This document shows, one piece after another, positions 7,399 through 16,921 of a DNA stretch of 32,000 nt (within the stretch, counting starts at the first letter, position 1; every line of letters starts with the position of its first letter). The position numbers and the translations under genes are program-made. Source of the stretch: Erysipelotrichaceae bacterium OH741_COT-311. GTDB taxonomy: Bacteria; Bacillota_I; Bacilli_A; Erysipelotrichales; Erysipelotrichaceae. The notes beneath the pieces were generated by a model. The model had not been told where the DNA came from. It made no database searches and saw only the letters and a program-made list of their open reading frames with translations. The DNA lies in the NCBI GenBank assembly GCA_003858585.1, contig RQZE01000005.1, positions 1 through 32,000 of the forward strand. Reading direction: 5' to 3'.

Positions 7399-8724
7399 TT
7401 AAACGATAAAGTTAATGATAAAAATAATATCTAATACATATACAACCCACTTAATGTCCTTCATTTTCCCTGAAGCAAGTTGCATAATTGTATAAGCTAA
7501 GAACCCTACTGCAATTCCATCTGAAATTGAGTAAGATAAAATCATTGTAATAATGGTAATAAATGCCGCAACACTTACTGAGAAATCATCCCATTCAATT
7601 TGACCAAGTTGTTGTGCCATTAGTACCCCAACAATAATTAATGAAGGAGCCGTAACTGCACTTGTAACCACTCCTAATAAAGGATAAAAGAGCACAGATA
7701 AGAAGAAACAAACACCTGTTACAACAGCCGTTAAACCGGTACGTCCACCAGCGGCAACCCCTGAACCTGACTCAATAAATGAAGTAACCGTACTTGTACC
7801 AAGTGTAGCACCTACTACCGTTCCTACTGAATCCGCAAGTAACGCTTTTTCGATATTTTTCATTTCACCTGCTTCATTCACTAAACCAATTTTATTACCA
7901 ATTGCCACTAATGTTCCTGCTGTATCAAAGAAGTCAACGAATAAGAATGAGAAAATAACCAAGACTACTTTTGAGCTTGAGAATAATTCTTGGAAACCTT
8001 GCACAAAGCTACCAATTAATGAGAAATCTAAATCTAATGAGAATACCCCACTAGGTGTTGTTGGAAGTGGTGCACTTACTCCCACTAAGCCCATAGCTCC
8101 CATAATAATACCAATCATCGCGGTTAATACGATACCAAAGAATACCGCTCCATTTACCTTACGAGCAATTAAAATAACTGTAATAATAATACCAATGATG
8201 GATAATAAGACTGTTGGATCTTTAAAATCACCTAAGCCTACAAATGTTGCCGGATTCGCAACAACCATGCCTGCATTTTTAAACCCTATGAAGGCAATAA
8301 AGAAACCAATACCAGCTCCAATTGCTAATTTTAAGTTTTTAGGAATCGAATTGATAATGTGTTTACGAATTCCTGTTACAGAAATAAACAGGAAAATTAA
8401 CCCTGATACAAAGACTGCAGCTAATGCCGCTTGCCAAGAAAAGCCGTATGTTAAGCATACTGTATAAGTAAAGAATGCATTTACTCCCATCCCCGGTGCC
8501 AATGCCACCGGATAGTTGGCTAAAACCCCCATTAAAAGACACGCAATTCCGGAAGAAATAGCAGTTGCCAAGAATACTCCTTGTTCATTCATTCCTGTTT
8601 GTGATAACATTCCTGGATTGACCGCCAAGATATAAGCCATTGCTAAGAATGTTGTAAGACCAGCAATCACTTCAGTTTTGATGCTTGTTTTGTTGTCATG
8701 TAGTTTGAATAACTTTTCTAACAT
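7399..8724 (-). CDS. pbuG: Guanine/hypoxanthine permease (NCS2, AzgA/PbuG family).
   Basis: The track ORF is 7399..8847, but its first 41 codons translate the riboswitch leader. The real start is the ATG at 8724, after a GAGGAG SD (MLEKLFKLHDNKTSIKTEVIAGLTTFLAMAYILAVNP...). Confidence 0.9.
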   Translation of the reverse strand: MLEKLFKLHDNKTSIKTEVIAGLTTFLAMAYILAVNPGMLSQTGMNEQGVFLATAISSGIACLLMGVLANYPVALAPGMGVNAFFTYTVCLTYGFSWQAALAAVFVSGLIFLFISVTGIRKHIINSIPKNLKLAIGAGIGFFIAFIGFKNAGMVVANPATFVGLGDFKDPTVLLSIIGIIITVILIARKVNGAVFFGIVLTAMIGIIMGAMGLVGVSAPLPTTPSGVFSLDLDFSLIGSFVQGFQELFSSSKVVLVIFSFLFVDFFDTAGTLVAIGNKIGLVNEAGEMKNIEKALLADSVGTVVGATLGTSTVTSFIESGSGVAAGGRTGLTAVVTGVCFFLSVLFYPLLGVVTSAVTAPSLIIVGVLMAQQLGQIEWDDFSVSVAAFITIITMILSYSISDGIAVGFLAYTIMQLASGKMKDIKWVVYVLDIIFIINFIV

Positions 8725-8761
8725 TTGAAAAACTCCTCTTCTATTAAAACAATTCACCAAA

Positions 8762-8784
8762 TAAAAAATGCTCGAGAAAGCATT
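8762..8784 (-). terminator. Expression-platform terminator of the purine riboswitch.
   Basis: The minus strand reads AAUGCU-UUCUCG-AGCAUU followed by UUUUUAUUU, just downstream of the aptamer and upstream of the permease SD. Confidence 0.6.
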
Positions 8785-8798
8785 AAAAAAATCACTTT

Positions 8799-8867
8799 CA
8801 TCGTAGAGCCAACATTTAAGGTATCGGCGTAGAAACTCTTGCGCCATATCCGCAAGAATATACGGTG
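8799..8867 (-). promoter_or_regulatory. Purine riboswitch aptamer, guanine class (C at the specificity position).
   Basis: The minus strand reads CCGUAUAUUCUUGCGGAUAUGGCGCAAGAGUUUCUACGCCGAUACCUUAAAUGUUGGCUCUACG. P1 is CGUA/UACG, P2 is CUUGCG/CGCAAG with loop GAUAUGG, J2/3 is AGUUUCUAC, and P3 is GCCGAU/GUUGGC with loop ACCUUAAAU. It aligns block for block with the B. subtilis xpt G-box. Confidence 0.85.
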
Positions 8868-8885
8868 TTTTTGTTTTACTCGGCT

Positions 8886-8914
8886 ATTATATCATAATAA
8901 ATAAAAGTTTAAAG
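8886..8914 (-). promoter_or_regulatory. Promoter of the riboswitch-permease-guaA unit (extended -10 TGATATAAT with a weak -35 TTTAAA).
   Basis: The minus strand reads TTTAAA-16 nt-TATAAT with a TG at -15/-14, about 20 nt upstream of aptamer helix P1. Confidence 0.5.
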
Positions 8915-8932
8915 TCCTAAAGCGAATTTTTT

Positions 8933-9817
8933 TTACTTCTTCAAGAAATTATCCAGTCGTTTCGGATTCACCTGTGCAATTAAGACTGCTATAAAAACAA
9001 TGATACAGCCAACCATTTGCTTCATTGTTAATACCTCTTGTAATATTAAAAACCCGAAGATAACACTAAAGACTGACTCTAGTGACATAATAATGGAAGA
9101 AACCGTTGCTTCAATATGCGTTTGACCAATGATTTGTGCGGTAAAGCCAATCCCTGTTGATAATACCCCTAAATACAAAAGCGGAAAAACGGTCTTACTT
9201 AAATGAAAATCCACCTGTTGTTCAAACAACAACATACAAACAACATTTAACAAACCACCAATCAAAAATTGATACACCGCAAAACGTATGCCATTTAACT
9301 TTAATGCAAAACGCTCAACAAAAACAATCTGCAAGCCCCAAAACATAGCTCCGATAAAACAATAGATATCTCCAAGATTAATACTAAAGTTTTCATTGAC
9401 ACACAAGACATACGTACCAATTAACGCGAATACAATTGCGATAATGGTAATCGGATGAAGCTTTCTACGATACATGATTAAAGTAATCATAGGTACCGCA
9501 ACCACATAGAGTGTTGTAATAAAACCACTTTTCCCAACACTTGTCATACTTACCCCTAGTTGTTGAAAATATGAGGCAATAAATAAAGCCCCACCACACA
9601 ATAAACCTGCCCAAAGATATAGGAAAAGCGTATCTTTTTTCATTTGTTTACGCTTTAAGAAATAATAAGGTAATATCGTTAAAAAACCTAAAAGATAACG
9701 AATGGCATTTACTCCAAAAGCTCCAATGTATTGACTTGTGACACTTTGAGCAACAAAGGCCGCACCCCAAATCATGGTTGTTAAAAATAAAAATAAGGTC
9801 GCTGCCTGCTTTGACAT
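8933..9817 (-). CDS. DMT-superfamily transporter (EamA family).
   Basis: 294 aa with about 10 TM segments in a two-EamA-repeat architecture. A GGAAAAGGAAG SD lies upstream. Confidence 0.85.
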   Translation of the reverse strand: MSKQAATLFLFLTTMIWGAAFVAQSVTSQYIGAFGVNAIRYLLGFLTILPYYFLKRKQMKKDTLFLYLWAGLLCGGALFIASYFQQLGVSMTSVGKSGFITTLYVVAVPMITLIMYRRKLHPITIIAIVFALIGTYVLCVNENFSINLGDIYCFIGAMFWGLQIVFVERFALKLNGIRFAVYQFLIGGLLNVVCMLLFEQQVDFHLSKTVFPLLYLGVLSTGIGFTAQIIGQTHIEATVSSIIMSLESVFSVIFGFLILQEVLTMKQMVGCIIVFIAVLIAQVNPKRLDNFLKK

Positions 9818-9850
9818 TCTAACACTTCCTTTTCCAATACAGTATTATAA

Positions 9851-9879
9851 CAAAAAAGTATAGTTTATCACTATACTTT
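9851..9879 (-). terminator. nrdG terminator that includes its last codons. The EamA extended -10 (TGTTATAAT, 9844-9852) follows immediately.
   Basis: The stem is AAAGTATAG/CTATACTTT (9 bp) with loop TGATAAA, followed by a T-run on the minus strand. The nrdG stop at 9871-9873 lies in the 5' arm. Confidence 0.7.
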
Positions 9880-10371
9880 AAATAAAACGACTTCGTTTTG
9901 TTTCAATGTTTCAACAACATCAATGACTCTTTGATTACTACTCCCTTTAAACTTATTATTCATAGATTTTAGATGATCTACAAACAAACCATCTACTAAC
10001 ACATCAATGTTATGTAAGATTTCATCAATCATCGGATGTTGAAATGCTCGTAATTGTTCATACGTATAACCTGTATATATCCAAATATTAAAGAAAGGAT
10101 GAATCTGTTTTACTATCTCTACGATTGCCTCTACTTGTGCAAAAGGCTCTCCTCCTGAAATCGTAACACCATCGTGATAGCTTCTTTTTAAAAGATCCTT
10201 CACGACATCCTCTACTTCCCTTTCATAACGAGGTTCAAAAGCCCAAGTGTGAGGATTATGACAACCGAAACAATGATGCGGACATCCTTGTGTCCAAACC
10301 ACTTGACGTAGTCCTATACCATCTACCACACTATCAAACTGAATACTACAAGCTAAATTAATCTTAACCAT
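9871..10371 (-). CDS. nrdG: Anaerobic ribonucleotide reductase activating protein (radical SAM).
   Basis: 166 aa. It contains the cluster motif GCPHHCFGCHN and overlaps the nrdD 3' end by 8 nt. Confidence 0.93.
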   Translation of the reverse strand: MVKINLACSIQFDSVVDGIGLRQVVWTQGCPHHCFGCHNPHTWAFEPRYEREVEDVVKDLLKRSYHDGVTISGGEPFAQVEAIVEIVKQIHPFFNIWIYTGYTYEQLRAFQHPMIDEILHNIDVLVDGLFVDHLKSMNNKFKGSSNQRVIDVVETLKQNEVVLFKV

Positions 10372-12634
10372 GTTTTACACGATCATGTTCTTCTGCTTTT
10401 TTCGCATTATTGAAACGATCAAGGGTACCTACTAAATATCCTGTAATACGACGAATACGCTCAAATGGCATCTCACTTGTTTCTTGACGATGACAATTTG
10501 GACATGCATCATGAATGATACCATTATATCCACATACCGGATCACGATCTAACGGATGGTTAATTGCACCATAACCAATATTTGTTTCACGCATAATACG
10601 CACTAACTTTTCAAAAGCCTCTAAGTTATTACTTAAGTCTCCATCCACTTCAATGTAAGAGATATGTCCGGCATTAGTAAGAGGATGATATGCCGCTTCT
10701 AAACGCATTTTATTATAGGCATCAATGTTGTAATACACAGGAACATGGAAGGAATTTGTATAGTATTCCTTATCTGTAATATGCTTAATTTCACCATAGA
10801 TTTCTTTATCCAACTTAATGAAACGTCCAGATAAGCCTTCTGCCGGTGTTGCAAGTAGTGAGAAATTTAACCCTGTTTCTGTAGCATAATCATCACAACG
10901 CTCACGCATCTTTGTAATGATTTCAACCCCTAATTTTTGACTTGCTTCATCTTCTCCATGATGTTTTCCGGTTAAGGCAATCAATGTTTCAGCAAGCCCA
11001 ATAAAACCGATAGATAATGTACCTTCAATTAATACTGATTCTAATGTATCATTGACACCTAATTTCTCAGAACCTAACCATACCCCCTGTTGCATTAAGA
11101 ACGGGAAATTCTTAACCTTCTTATTACATTGAACACGATAACGTTCTAGTAATTGTTTTTTACACAAATCCATGATGTCAAATAATTCTTTATAAAATCC
11201 ATCCAGATCCGTTTCCTTATTTAACACCAAACCATGCTTAATACCTAGACGTACTAAATTGACCGATGTAAATGATAGATTACCTCTACCAACCACAATA
11301 CCGTCATGTTCTTTTACAGCCGTATTTCCAATTACACGTGTACGACATCCCATATACGTACATTCCGTTTCCGGTCTACCTTCTTTGTAATATTGCAAGT
11401 TAAATGGTGCATCGATAAATGAAAAGTTTGGAAACATACGTTTACTTGAACAACGAATACTTAATTTGAATAAGTCATAGTTTGGATCCTCTTGAAAATA
11501 ATTAATACCTTCTTTTACTTTAAAAATTAAAATTGGGAAAATCGCTGTTTCATGATTTCCTAAGCCGGCTTCCATCGCTAAAATTAAATTCTTAGAAACC
11601 ATACGACCTTTCAATGAGGTATCCGTACCAAAGTTAATCGATGAAAACGGAACTTGTGCTCCCGCTCTTGAGTGCATGGTATTTAAATTGTGAACAATTC
11701 CTTCCATCGCTTGATAAGTTTGACGATCTGTTAAAGCTAAGGCTTTATCAAAGATAACTTTTAAATCTTCATAACCATCGATTTGGTATAAGTCCTCTAA
11801 TCGGTTGATTTTTTCAAGCAACACATCCAATTCCGCTTGATGGTTTCCTGTAAAATCGACATAATCTTTTAAAATACTACGATAGTTTTTCTTAAATGAT
11901 AGCAAAACTCCCGGAGCCATATAGTAATCAAACATCGGTATAGATTGACCCCCATGTTGATCATTTTGATTTGACTGTATTGCAATCGCCGCAAGCGCTG
12001 CATAGCTGGCAATGGATTTTGGCTCTCTTAAAAACCCATGCCCAGTATTAAAGCCACCCTTAAATAATTTATCCAAAGGAATTTGGTTACATGTCGTTGT
12101 TCCCATCGGATAAAAATCCATATCATGAATATGAATGTCACCTTGATTATGCGCTTTAGCAACTTCACGATCTAAACAATAAGAAGTTGTATAAGCTTTC
12201 GATAATGTACTACCATACTTTAACATCATACCCATTGCACTATCGCCATTGATATTGGCATTTTCACGCTTTTCATCCACTTCATTTGCTTCTTTAATAC
12301 CAAAATCCTCTAACGTTTTTAATAAGCGATGTTGCCCACTTGTAAAGTAATCACGAGCCATGGCACGCTTTTGACGATAGCTTTTAAATGACTTATAGAC
12401 ATCAACAAAACCAAGCTCTACCAATGCATCTTCCACACAGTCTTGAATACGTTCGATTTCAATTTTATTGATGTTTAAAGCATTTAATTTTTGAATCGTT
12501 AAATCCAGAACCTTTAAAATAGACTCTTCATCATAATTGGATACAGAATGAAAGCCTTTTTCAATAGCTTTTTGTATTTTAGATGGATTAAATTTTACAA
12601 CCTGTCCATTGCGTTTAATGATTTCAAACTCCAT
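10364..12634 (-). CDS. nrdD: Anaerobic ribonucleoside-triphosphate reductase (class III).
   Basis: 756 aa. It has an N-terminal ATP-cone (EIIKRNGQVVKFNPSKIQKAI), a C-terminal Zn site (CPNCH), and the glycyl-radical motif RITGYL. Confidence 0.96.
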   Translation of the reverse strand: MEFEIIKRNGQVVKFNPSKIQKAIEKGFHSVSNYDEESILKVLDLTIQKLNALNINKIEIERIQDCVEDALVELGFVDVYKSFKSYRQKRAMARDYFTSGQHRLLKTLEDFGIKEANEVDEKRENANINGDSAMGMMLKYGSTLSKAYTTSYCLDREVAKAHNQGDIHIHDMDFYPMGTTTCNQIPLDKLFKGGFNTGHGFLREPKSIASYAALAAIAIQSNQNDQHGGQSIPMFDYYMAPGVLLSFKKNYRSILKDYVDFTGNHQAELDVLLEKINRLEDLYQIDGYEDLKVIFDKALALTDRQTYQAMEGIVHNLNTMHSRAGAQVPFSSINFGTDTSLKGRMVSKNLILAMEAGLGNHETAIFPILIFKVKEGINYFQEDPNYDLFKLSIRCSSKRMFPNFSFIDAPFNLQYYKEGRPETECTYMGCRTRVIGNTAVKEHDGIVVGRGNLSFTSVNLVRLGIKHGLVLNKETDLDGFYKELFDIMDLCKKQLLERYRVQCNKKVKNFPFLMQQGVWLGSEKLGVNDTLESVLIEGTLSIGFIGLAETLIALTGKHHGEDEASQKLGVEIITKMRERCDDYATETGLNFSLLATPAEGLSGRFIKLDKEIYGEIKHITDKEYYTNSFHVPVYYNIDAYNKMRLEAAYHPLTNAGHISYIEVDGDLSNNLEAFEKLVRIMRETNIGYGAINHPLDRDPVCGYNGIIHDACPNCHRQETSEMPFERIRRITGYLVGTLDRFNNAKKAEEHDRVKHG

Positions 12635-12661
12635 AATAATTCTCCTTTAAATAAGAAATGA

Positions 12662-12715
12662 ATAATTAGTTGGATTTCCAACTAATTATATCCGTAAACA
12701 GATTATAACGTAAAC
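12662..12715 (-). promoter_or_regulatory. nrdD control region: a 13-bp-arm palindrome overlapping a TATAAT box, plus a tandem GTTTACG-N(1-2)-TATAAT repeat.
   Basis: At 12662-12689, ATAATTAGTTGGA-TT-TCCAACTAATTAT is perfect. On the minus strand, GTTTACGTTATAAT (12715-12702) and GTTTACGGATATAAT (12699-12685) are direct copies. Confidence 0.5.
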
Positions 12716-12718
12716 TAC

Positions 12719-12754
12719 AAAAAAAGAAAAGACTTTTATATAATAAGTCTTTTC
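12719..12754 (-). terminator. Rho-independent terminator of the YitT-family gene, overlapping its stop codon.
   Basis: The stem is GAAAAGACTT/AAGTCTTTTC (10 bp, perfect) with a 9-nt loop, followed by seven T on the minus strand. Confidence 0.8.
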
Positions 12755-13605
12755 TCATATCCTCCTGAAACAGAATCTAATTCACTTTCTATCACAAAGG
12801 CTTTCGGATCAAGTTCACGAATCATTTCCTTAATACGACGGACTTCATATTTGCTTACAACTGTGACTAAGACCTCTGTATCTTCATCCGTATAAGCACC
12901 TTGTCCATGCCAATAAGTAACTCCGCGTTTAAAATCATGATTGATATGTTTTTTAACCATTTTATTTTTGGTAAAAATCATTAAAGAAATCTCAATATTT
13001 TGTAAATGCACCTTATCAGCAACAATTGCCATTATAGTAACATAAATCACACTGTAAATAGCGATATTTAAATTAAATAAAATAGCACAGAATGTAAATA
13101 CAAAACAGTTAAAAACAATATTAAACTTACCTACACTAAAATTCTTCTTTTTTAATGTAATAAACATCCCCAATATATCAATACCGCCACAACTTGAACC
13201 ACTCAGCAGTGTCATCCCAACACCAAAGCCACTTAAAATACCACCAATGGTACATGATGCAAGCGGATCTTCTAGAATAGCGTTGGTTGGTATCGGTATT
13301 AAACTAAAAGCAATGGTTTGCACAATAACACTAAGTATGGTACCTACAAAAAATTTCTTCGACAGACTACGATAAGCCAATACAAATAAAGGAATATTGA
13401 ATGCGAAATTAATCAAACCTGCAATGTCAAAAGAAAACTGTATCCCTAAATAATCTTGAAGTAAGGTACGAATAATTTGAGAAACACCAATCAAACCACC
13501 ATTATACAAACCAGCAGGCACAATAAAAAAGTTAATACTGATAACAAACAGAAGTGCCCCAATCAAAATTAAACTCACTTTTTTCATATCCATCGTTTTT
13601 TTCAT
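12736..13605 (-). CDS. YitT-family membrane protein (DUF2179 C-terminal domain).
   Basis: 289 aa. The N-terminal half is multi-TM (FFIVPAGLYNGGLIGVSQI) and a soluble C-terminal domain follows. Confidence 0.8.
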   Translation of the reverse strand: MKKTMDMKKVSLILIGALLFVISINFFIVPAGLYNGGLIGVSQIIRTLLQDYLGIQFSFDIAGLINFAFNIPLFVLAYRSLSKKFFVGTILSVIVQTIAFSLIPIPTNAILEDPLASCTIGGILSGFGVGMTLLSGSSCGGIDILGMFITLKKKNFSVGKFNIVFNCFVFTFCAILFNLNIAIYSVIYVTIMAIVADKVHLQNIEISLMIFTKNKMVKKHINHDFKRGVTYWHGQGAYTDEDTEVLVTVVSKYEVRRIKEMIRELDPKAFVIESELDSVSGGYEKRLII

Positions 13606-13635
13606 AGTTTATCCTCTAAGTGACATTGTACTACA

Positions 13636-13662
13636 AAATAAAAATTAGTCTATATAGACTAA
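13636..13662 (-). terminator. Cyclophilin gene terminator overlapping its stop codon.
   Basis: The 18-nt palindrome TTAGTCTATATAGACTAA is followed by TTTTTATTTT on the minus strand. Confidence 0.7.
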
Positions 13663-14090
13663 TCAAATACTTCCACCTTACTCATAACATCACCATTGAC
13701 CATGTTTAAAACAGCCGGCAAATTATCCGTCACTTGACCAAATACTGTATGAACACCATCTAAGTGCGGTTGTGGGGTATGAACGATAAAGAATTGACAA
13801 CAACCCGTATCTTTTCCGGCATGCGCCATTGATAGAGCGCCCGGAATATGTGTAAGTGGATTATTCAATGTTTCACATTTTATCGTATAACCAAGTCCAC
13901 CAGTCCCTGTACCATAAGGACACCCTCCTTGTGATACGAAATTTTTAATTACTCGATGAAACGTTTTACCATTGTAGTAGCCTTCTTTAATAAGTTTCAC
14001 AAAATTTTCAACGGTTTTAGGCGCATATTCCGGATAGAGCTCAAATGGCAGCTCTACACCAGTTTGTAGTGTAATTTTTCCTTTAATCAT
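13659..14090 (-). CDS. ppiB: Peptidyl-prolyl cis-trans isomerase, cyclophilin type.
   Basis: The track ORF 13659..14114 starts at a TTG inside the ABC-F 3' end. The ATG eight codons downstream ([11 protein letters not shown]...) follows a GAAGGAGAG SD. Cyclophilin motifs are present: [13 protein letters not shown] and SMAHAG. Confidence 0.88.
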   Translation of the reverse strand: MIKGKITLQTGVELPFELYPEYAPKTVENFVKLIKEGYYNGKTFHRVIKNFVSQGGCPYGTGTGGLGYTIKCETLNNPLTHIPGALSMAHAGKDTGCCQFFIVHTPQPHLDGVHTVFGQVTDNLPAVLNMVNGDVMSKVEVFD

Positions 14091-14104
14091 CGTATTCTCT
14101 CCTT

Positions 14105-15652
14105 CTATCGACAACTATATTCTTCTAAATCCCAAACTTCATCCACCAAAGGTTGATAAAAGTCTCGCTCGTGACACACCAATAAAACAGTACCCGGATA
14201 TTCCTTAATGGCCTTTGCAAGTTCATCTTTCGCCTCTTGATCTAGATGGTTAGTAGGCTCATCCAGCACTAAAATATTGTATGGACGATTCAATAACTTA
14301 CAAAGACGCAACTTAGCTTGTTGTCCACCGCTCAACACAAAGACTTTCGATTCAATCTGATCGGTTGTAAGACCACATTTTGCAAGTGCACTACGAATTT
14401 CATACTGGGTTTTACTTGGATATTCATCCCACAATTCATCAATGCACGTTTTATTACTTGGCGTTTCCTCTTGTGTATAATATCCAATTTGTAAGTTTTC
14501 CCCATGTTCCACACTTCCGGACAATGGCTCTAACTGACCAATTAAACTCTTAATAAGCGTGGACTTCCCCACTCCATTGGCACCGGTAATCGCTATTTTT
14601 TTTCCTTTTTCCAACACAAAATTCATAGATTTACTTAAAGGTTTCTCATAACCAATCACCAAATCCTGACAAGTAAAAATGTACTTTGACGGCGTTTTTC
14701 CCATCATAAATTGAAACGTTGGCTTTGGTTTTTCCCCTTTTAACTCAATACGTTCCATCTTTTCTAATTTCTTTGCACGAGAATTAGCCATTCCACGCGT
14801 TGCGACTCTTGCTTTATTACGAGCTACAAAATCTTCCAAACGAGCAATTTCTTGTTCTTGTCGAATATACGCTTTTTCAAGTTGTGCCTGATTGATTTCA
14901 TATACACGTCTAAATTCATTGTAATCACCGGTATAACGTGTTAATTTCGGTGCTTCCACATGATAAATAACATTTACGACATCATTTAAAAATCCTAAAT
15001 CATGACTAATCAATATAAACGCATTTTCATAGTTTTTCAAATAGTTTTTTAACCAATCAATATGTTGTTCATCTAAGTAATTTGTCGGTTCATCCAACAA
15101 CAAAATATCCGGCTTTTCTAACAATAGCTTCGCCAGCAAAATACGTGTACGTTGTCCGCCCGATAATTCACTGACATCTCTTTGTAAACCCAAATCACTA
15201 ATGCCAAAGGCATTTGCCACTTCATTAATCTTGGCATCAATCAAATAAAAATCATGGTGATCCAACATTTCCTGCATGACACCAATTTCTTCAAGCATAC
15301 GGTTCATTTCTTCTTCCGAAACCTCTCCCATTTGCTCATAATATTTCATAATTTTCGCTTCTAATTCAAATAACGAATCATACGCCATTTTCAAAACATC
15401 ATAAATACTTTTACCCTTTTCTAAAACCGCATGTTGATCTAAGTAACCAACACTCACTTTATTTGACCAAACAATTTTACCCTCCTCAGGCTTTAATGTA
15501 TTTGTAATGAGTTTCATAAAGGTACTTTTACCTTCTCCATTGGCACCGACAAGCCCAATGTGTTCTCCTTTTAATAAGCGAAAAGAAACATCTTCAAATA
15601 TGATGTTACCTCCAAAACTATGTGATAATTTTTCAACTGTTAAAATACTCAT
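14105..15652 (-). CDS. ABC-F family ATPase (two NBDs, no TM domain), a translation-factor type.
   Basis: 515 aa. It has two Walker A sites (GANGEGKST and GANGVGKST), two LSGGQ signatures, and a charged inter-domain linker. Confidence 0.9.
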   Translation of the reverse strand: MSILTVEKLSHSFGGNIIFEDVSFRLLKGEHIGLVGANGEGKSTFMKLITNTLKPEEGKIVWSNKVSVGYLDQHAVLEKGKSIYDVLKMAYDSLFELEAKIMKYYEQMGEVSEEEMNRMLEEIGVMQEMLDHHDFYLIDAKINEVANAFGISDLGLQRDVSELSGGQRTRILLAKLLLEKPDILLLDEPTNYLDEQHIDWLKNYLKNYENAFILISHDLGFLNDVVNVIYHVEAPKLTRYTGDYNEFRRVYEINQAQLEKAYIRQEQEIARLEDFVARNKARVATRGMANSRAKKLEKMERIELKGEKPKPTFQFMMGKTPSKYIFTCQDLVIGYEKPLSKSMNFVLEKGKKIAITGANGVGKSTLIKSLIGQLEPLSGSVEHGENLQIGYYTQEETPSNKTCIDELWDEYPSKTQYEIRSALAKCGLTTDQIESKVFVLSGGQQAKLRLCKLLNRPYNILVLDEPTNHLDQEAKDELAKAIKEYPGTVLLVCHERDFYQPLVDEVWDLEEYSCR

Positions 15653-15715
15653 ACACAGTAAGTTTACACTAGTCGTTTTAAACTTTCAACTTTATAATAA
15701 GAGAGAGGTAATTTT

Positions 15716-16489
15716 ATGTATAAATGTCCAATATGCCACCAAGCCTTAATCAAAGGCTTACACAGTTTTAACTGCATCAACCAGCATAACTTTGACATCA
15801 GCAAACATGGATATGTCAATCTTTTAAAACGTAACAGCAAACACCAAGGTGATGATAGCACTTTAGTAAAGTCACGTATCGCCTTTTTAAAACAAGATTA
15901 TTATCTTTCTTTAAAACAACATTTAAATACCCTATTAGCCCAACACAAACCTCAAGTCCTTGTTGACTTAGCTTGTGGAAGCGGCTACTACACAAAAGAT
16001 GTTCCATCAACCATCACCATTGGCATTGACTTATCCAAAGATGCCATTCAATATGCCTGTAAACAAGATAAAAAGAATCAATACATCATCGCATCTATTT
16101 TCGATGTTCCTTTAATGGATCATTGTGCCGATGTTATTACCACTATTTTTGCACCAAGTGCCAACGAAGAAATTATTCGTCTTTTAAAACAAGATGGTTT
16201 ATATATTAGAGTAGATCCCGGAAGCCATCATTTACTTCAATTAAAAGAAACACTTTATGAAGAAGTATTTTTAAACCCTATCAAACAAATTCAACATCCA
16301 CGTTTAACACTAAAAAACACCATAGAAGTAAAAGAGACAATCACATTAAACCAAGAAGATCTCCTGCATCTCTTTAATATGACACCCTATCGTTATAAAA
16401 CAAAAGTTGAAAGCATAAAAAAACTTCAAGCTTTAAATACCCTTGAAGTTACCATTCACTTTATGATTTACATCTACCAAAAGAATTAA
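15716..16489 (+). CDS. rlmA: 23S rRNA (guanine-N1)-methyltransferase, RlmA/RrmA family.
   Basis: 257 aa. It has an N-terminal Zn-finger (CPICHQAL...FNCINQHNFDISKHGYVNLL) and the SAM motif VDLACGSGYY. A GAGAGAGG SD lies upstream. Confidence 0.85.
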   Translation: MYKCPICHQALIKGLHSFNCINQHNFDISKHGYVNLLKRNSKHQGDDSTLVKSRIAFLKQDYYLSLKQHLNTLLAQHKPQVLVDLACGSGYYTKDVPSTITIGIDLSKDAIQYACKQDKKNQYIIASIFDVPLMDHCADVITTIFAPSANEEIIRLLKQDGLYIRVDPGSHHLLQLKETLYEEVFLNPIKQIQHPRLTLKNTIEVKETITLNQEDLLHLFNMTPYRYKTKVESIKKLQALNTLEVTIHFMIYIYQKN

Positions 16490-16863
16490 TCTTCATGCAA
16501 TAAATTTACTTCTTGTTTCTTCTCATAAGAAACCGGAAGTGTATATTCTGCATTTAAAATCGCCTTAATTGCCACTTGTACATCTTTACTTAATTCACAA
16601 TATGATTGATAAATCTCAATCATTTCATTATTCACAATGACATGTTCATACTCTTTTTGATACTTTCCTTTACCCAGAAAATAATTCGCATCCAAACCGC
16701 TAATCTTCATATAACGTTGGATGGTTAATATATCAGGAACAACATTATCATTTTCATATCTTGAAATTTGTGCGTTGGAAACACCTAATCTATCTCCCAT
16801 TTCCCCTTGTGTTAAGCCAAGTTCCAAACGAATTCTTTTTAATTTCACTCCAACTGTATCCAT
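16486..16863 (-). CDS. XRE-family helix-turn-helix transcriptional regulator.
   Basis: The track ORF is 16486..16896. I prefer the ATG at 16863 after an AGGTGA SD. The HTH is LKRIRLELGLTQGEMGDRLGVSNAQISRYEN. Its stop overlaps the rlmA stop in a shared TTAA. Confidence 0.8.
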   Translation of the reverse strand: MDTVGVKLKRIRLELGLTQGEMGDRLGVSNAQISRYENDNVVPDILTIQRYMKISGLDANYFLGKGKYQKEYEHVIVNNEMIEIYQSYCELSKDVQVAIKAILNAEYTLPVSYEKKQEVNLLHED

Positions 16864-16921
16864 ACCATCACCTAGAAACAATATAGTATATTTCAACTTT
16901 AATAATTTATTTTTATCTAAA

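Noticed and set aside
7399-8847. N-terminal extensions of several track ORFs: 7399-8847, 1941-3884, 18942-20147, 20111-20818, 24764-25648, 13659-14114 and 16486-16896.
   Set aside because: In each case an internal ATG has a much better SD and matches the family N-terminus. The extensions run through a riboswitch, a divergent gene or a neighbouring gene's 3' end.
13659-14114. An apparent 1-nt frame inconsistency when I hand-translated the cyclophilin and ABC-F junction, and a similar one near 25610. This could have suggested a frameshift or pseudogene.
   Set aside because: The supplied ORF track gives uninterrupted full-length proteins. The discrepancy is most likely my own miscount in homopolymer runs, so I make no frameshift claim.
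14105-15715. The ABC-F ATPase as an antibiotic-resistance (ARE: Vga, Lsa or Msr-type) determinant. I also noted the lack of an obvious SD before its ATG.
   Set aside because: The leader is only ~63 nt, with no leader peptide or attenuator of the kind seen for inducible ARE genes. The gene sits in a core context. I cannot separate ARE from housekeeping ABC-F proteins by eye, so I make no resistance claim.
15716-16489. The RlmA-family methyltransferase as a macrolide or tylosin resistance (TlrB-like) gene.
   Set aside because: RlmA(II)-type enzymes are intrinsic housekeeping rRNA methyltransferases in Gram-positive bacteria. Nothing here suggests mobility or induction.
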